The notes under the pieces were generated by a model. The model ran no database searches. It was not told the origin of the DNA and worked only from the letters and a program-made list of their open reading frames with translations. 19,224 bases of DNA from Promethearchaeota archaeon (GTDB lineage Archaea > Asgardarchaeota > Lokiarchaeia > Sigyniarchaeales > SOKP01): contig JBHLNZ010000058.1 in NCBI GenBank assembly GCA_048941015.1, positions 1 through 19,224 on the forward strand, in the 5' to 3' direction. The position numbers and the translations under genes were made by a program. Shown piece after piece: positions 16,837-19,224 of this stretch (the first letter of the stretch is position 1; each line of letters begins with the position of its first letter).

Positions 16837-17679
16837 TTAAGGAATCTCAACACCTGGTACTTCAACTTTTAAAAATTCAATTCTTCCACTTGATCTTTTA
16901 CCCTCTAAATATTGAGTGGTGCAAAGAAAAAGAGTTCTTCCATCATCTCCACCCAGAGCGCAAGCATAAACATTTGTACCTTTTACTTTAATAGTAGAAG
17001 TGATTTCACCTCCTTCCAAAACACGTAAGACTTCTGCTTTGGATGGATTTGCGACCCAAATGGCACCTTCTTCATCAAGACATATACCATCTGGGGAAAA
17101 GTCTTTAAATTTCGCCCAAATTCTTCGATTTATTAGATTTCCTGAATTTTCAATATCAAAAGCAGTCAATTTACTTCCAAAAGTTTCTGCTACAATAAAA
17201 GTTTTGCAATCGGGAGTCACAATACATCCATTGGGAAAAATAAGATTTTCTGCAACTATTCTTGCATCCCCCTCTTTTGTTACCAGAATGATGCATGTGG
17301 GTTCAGCTGGGGAATCAAGGGATTTAGTACCCCAATTTCCTATGTAAGTTCGTCCATGAATATCGGTTACGGAATCATTGCAGTTATATTCTGTAAAGTT
17401 GCTTAAATCCGCATGAATCTTCAATCCTTTTGGATCTAAAAGCATTAGGTAACGTCTTTGCATTGAAACTATAAGCATCCTACCATCATTCAAAAAACCC
17501 AATCCCGAAGGAGAATCCTGCAGTTCTACGATAATTTCTGATTTGCCTTTTTCATCAACGACGATGACTTTTTTTCCAGTGAAATCTGAAAAGAACAACT
17601 TTCCGTTTCGCCAACGAGGGGCCTCTGGAAATCCAAGACCAGATAATAATATTTTGGTTTCCATTTTCATATTTATCAT
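16837..17679 (-). CDS. SMP-30/gluconolactonase/LRE family beta-propeller
   Basis: FPEAPRW, NCND, FPNG and PDGICLDEEGAIWVA motifs. Start could be one of three Met codons. Confidence 0.92.
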   Translation of the reverse strand: MINMKMETKILLSGLGFPEAPRWRNGKLFFSDFTGKKVIVVDEKGKSEIIVELQDSPSGLGFLNDGRMLIVSMQRRYLMLLDPKGLKIHADLSNFTEYNCNDSVTDIHGRTYIGNWGTKSLDSPAEPTCIILVTKEGDARIVAENLIFPNGCIVTPDCKTFIVAETFGSKLTAFDIENSGNLINRRIWAKFKDFSPDGICLDEEGAIWVANPSKAEVLRVLEGGEITSTIKVKGTNVYACALGGDDGRTLFLCTTQYLEGKRSSGRIEFLKVEVPGVEIP

Positions 17680-17855
17680 TTTGATTTTTATTTTAATAAA
17701 GTTACCTTTCTATTTATTCTCCAAAACGATAATCTGCACACTGGAAGGTAATAATAATATTAATAAATTGTAAATAAATTTTTATATGAGATTTTCAATA
17801 CTATTAACTAATCCAGAAGTATATTAATAAATCGATACTATAAAAGGGAATAAGG

Positions 17856-18311
17856 ATGATTTGTTCTAAATGTGGAGTTAAATTAAGTGATTCCGATCAT
17901 AGATATTGTCAAAATTGCGGAGCTGAAATTATAACTCATGCTAAAACAACTAATCTTACTGATAAGCCTCAAATTGAGCCTGAGAAACCAAAGGAAGTTG
18001 AAGCTAATAATTTATGGATTGGATTTATCTTGATTGCTATTGGAATCCTTATCATCGGAATGGGTATAGTTGGATATTACATAGAAAAAGTAAATTGTTA
18101 TAACCCAGCGGTGGGTTGTGGTATCTTGACGGGTGGGGGGGGCATGGGTCTTTTTGGAGTTAACTTTTTAGGCTTGTTTGTTATTATAGGAGGTATCCTA
18201 TTTCCATATAGGAAACATAGAATAGCCAAAAGGATTTTGCCTCTTTTGTTTATTATTGTTCCAACACTAGCTTTTTTTCTGTCATTTATAATTGTTAGCT
18301 TTAATTTCTAA
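17856..18311 (+). CDS. Zinc-ribbon domain membrane protein
   Basis: N-terminal CSKCG-x9-CQNCG, charged linker and three hydrophobic segments; purine-rich RBS-like AAGGGAATAAGG. Confidence 0.85.
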   Translation: MICSKCGVKLSDSDHRYCQNCGAEIITHAKTTNLTDKPQIEPEKPKEVEANNLWIGFILIAIGILIIGMGIVGYYIEKVNCYNPAVGCGILTGGGGMGLFGVNFLGLFVIIGGILFPYRKHRIAKRILPLLFIIVPTLAFFLSFIIVSFNF

Positions 18312-18366
18312 TAATTAAAAACTTCGATTTTATAAAAATTCTTCATTAAGTTAGAATTATGAGCTA

Positions 18367-18786
18367 TTATTCAATTTTCCTTGAAATTCTTGATAAGGGA
18401 TGCCCTTTTGCTTTTATCTCTAATTCATTAAACCAACCAAAAGGAGGTCTAAGAACAGTGTATCGCTCTTTCAAGAGCACTTCTAAATCTTTTAAAATCC
18501 TTAAACTGAATTCTGGACTACTTAAATCACCAAAAAGATGAGCAAATGATAAGAGTACAATATTTGAAACTTTAATCTGCTTTATAATTTTTTCAATTTC
18601 TATTACTGCTTTCTCCAAAAGTTTCGAATTAGTTTCGTCTTTCTTCTCTGTACTAATAAAAAGCAAGATGAGATTGTCAAGAGCATTTTCTTTGTTGATA
18701 TCTGTTAATTCCTCGAAAACTTTTGAACGACTTCTCTTAGTGGTTTTATATTTAAAATAATCACAATGAAAAGATAAAAATCTCAT
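18367..18786 (-). CDS. Free-standing archaeal threonyl-tRNA synthetase editing domain (ThrRS-ed, DTD-like fold)
   Basis: MRFLSFHCDYFKY, FAHL, RPPFGW and KGHPLSRISR match the archaeal ThrRS editing motifs (YAHL, RAPFG, KGHPL). Confidence 0.9.
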   Translation of the reverse strand: MRFLSFHCDYFKYKTTKRSRSKVFEELTDINKENALDNLILLFISTEKKDETNSKLLEKAVIEIEKIIKQIKVSNIVLLSFAHLFGDLSSPEFSLRILKDLEVLLKERYTVLRPPFGWFNELEIKAKGHPLSRISRKIE

Positions 18787-18940
18787 AGTTAGGACTTTAT
18801 ATGATCTTATTTAATAATATTTTAATTATTAAAACTCTAATATTCTAAGAAAATCTAGTTTCTTCATATAGAAAGCAACTTTTATTGAAATTGATTTTTT
18901 AAAATTTAACAATTAGCTTATTATACGCTAGATGGAATTT

Positions 18941-19224
18941 TTAAGTCAAAATAAAACTCAAAGAGGGCCAACTATTATCTCCATCTGTTAAATTCATATC
19001 AATTCTGGGTTGCGTTCTATTAAAAATGTCTGTTGCTCTCACGTATATAGTGTTGATTGCTGTTTTCATTTTAAAAAAAGTGAGTTTTATTTCCCAAAAA
19101 ACCCAAACGTTGTCAAAATCAACGCTTTTAATTATATTTGCTTGATGCCAATCCAGTCCATCATTAATGGTATATTCTACTTTTGATATTCTAGTTCCCC
19201 CATATGCTGCACCCCCAATTAAAA
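18941..19224 (-). CDS. C-terminus of a sulfite-oxidase-family molybdoenzyme (Mo-co dimerisation Ig-like domain); 5' part outside window
   Basis: Not in the ORF track. Manual translation: LIGGAAYGGTRISKVEYTINDGLDWHQA...VWVFWEI...IYVRATDIFNRTQP...WPSLSFILT*; TAA at 18943-18941. Confidence 0.75.
   Translation of the reverse strand, partial: LIGGAAYGGTRISKVEYTINDGLDWHQANIIKSVDFDNVWVFWEIKLTFFKMKTAINTIYVRATDIFNRTQPRIDMNLTDGDNSWPSLSFILT

Noticed and set aside
18132-18143. G homopolymer as a phase-variation tract
   Set aside because: It simply encodes Gly-Gly-Gly-Gly in an intact frame; a single sequence gives no evidence of slippage.
1521-18541. Short ORFs overlapping longer genes on the opposite strand (1521, 1908, 3603, 5695, 10039, 11746, 12343, 12380, 15785, 17000, 17543, 18359)
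   Set aside because: Antisense shadows of well-supported genes, with no recognisable motifs.
1-19224. Sulfatase and sulfite-oxidase-like gene as one sulfur pathway; CRISPR, tRNA, rRNA or IS elements
   Set aside because: The two genes are about 17.6 kb apart with unrelated genes between them. No spaced repeats, cloverleafs, GC-rich RNA genes or transposase motifs were seen by eye.

Overview
AT-rich (visibly under about 30% GC) archaeal chromosomal window. By inference it is most likely Asgard/Lokiarchaeia-type: it has BRE-TATA promoters, a stand-alone archaeal ThrRS editing domain, an FrhB-family protein, a TrmB-type HTH and a CdrS-like RHH. It holds about 21 mostly monocistronic genes. The ORF track missed three (an edge-truncated sulfatase, a 55-aa RHH regulator and an edge-truncated sulfite-oxidase-family C-terminus) plus a 28-codon leader ORF. 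No rRNA, tRNA, CRISPR array or transposase was seen. The best candidate for an undescribed system is at 14274-14558. There a TATA promoter appears to drive a near-leaderless 28-aa peptide whose last 15 residues are 13 Ile/Leu/Val, resembling the E. coli ilvL attenuator leader. The peptide sits inside mutually exclusive RNA helices upstream of an FrhB-TrmB fusion gene, suggesting a branched-chain-amino-acid-sensing attenuator or a type I toxin-like mRNA. Other highlights are a protein with a C-terminal ESCRT-I steadiness-box-like domain but no UEV, a multipass membrane-TIR protein near nadE, and an orphan DNA methyltransferase with a Zn-finger insert.
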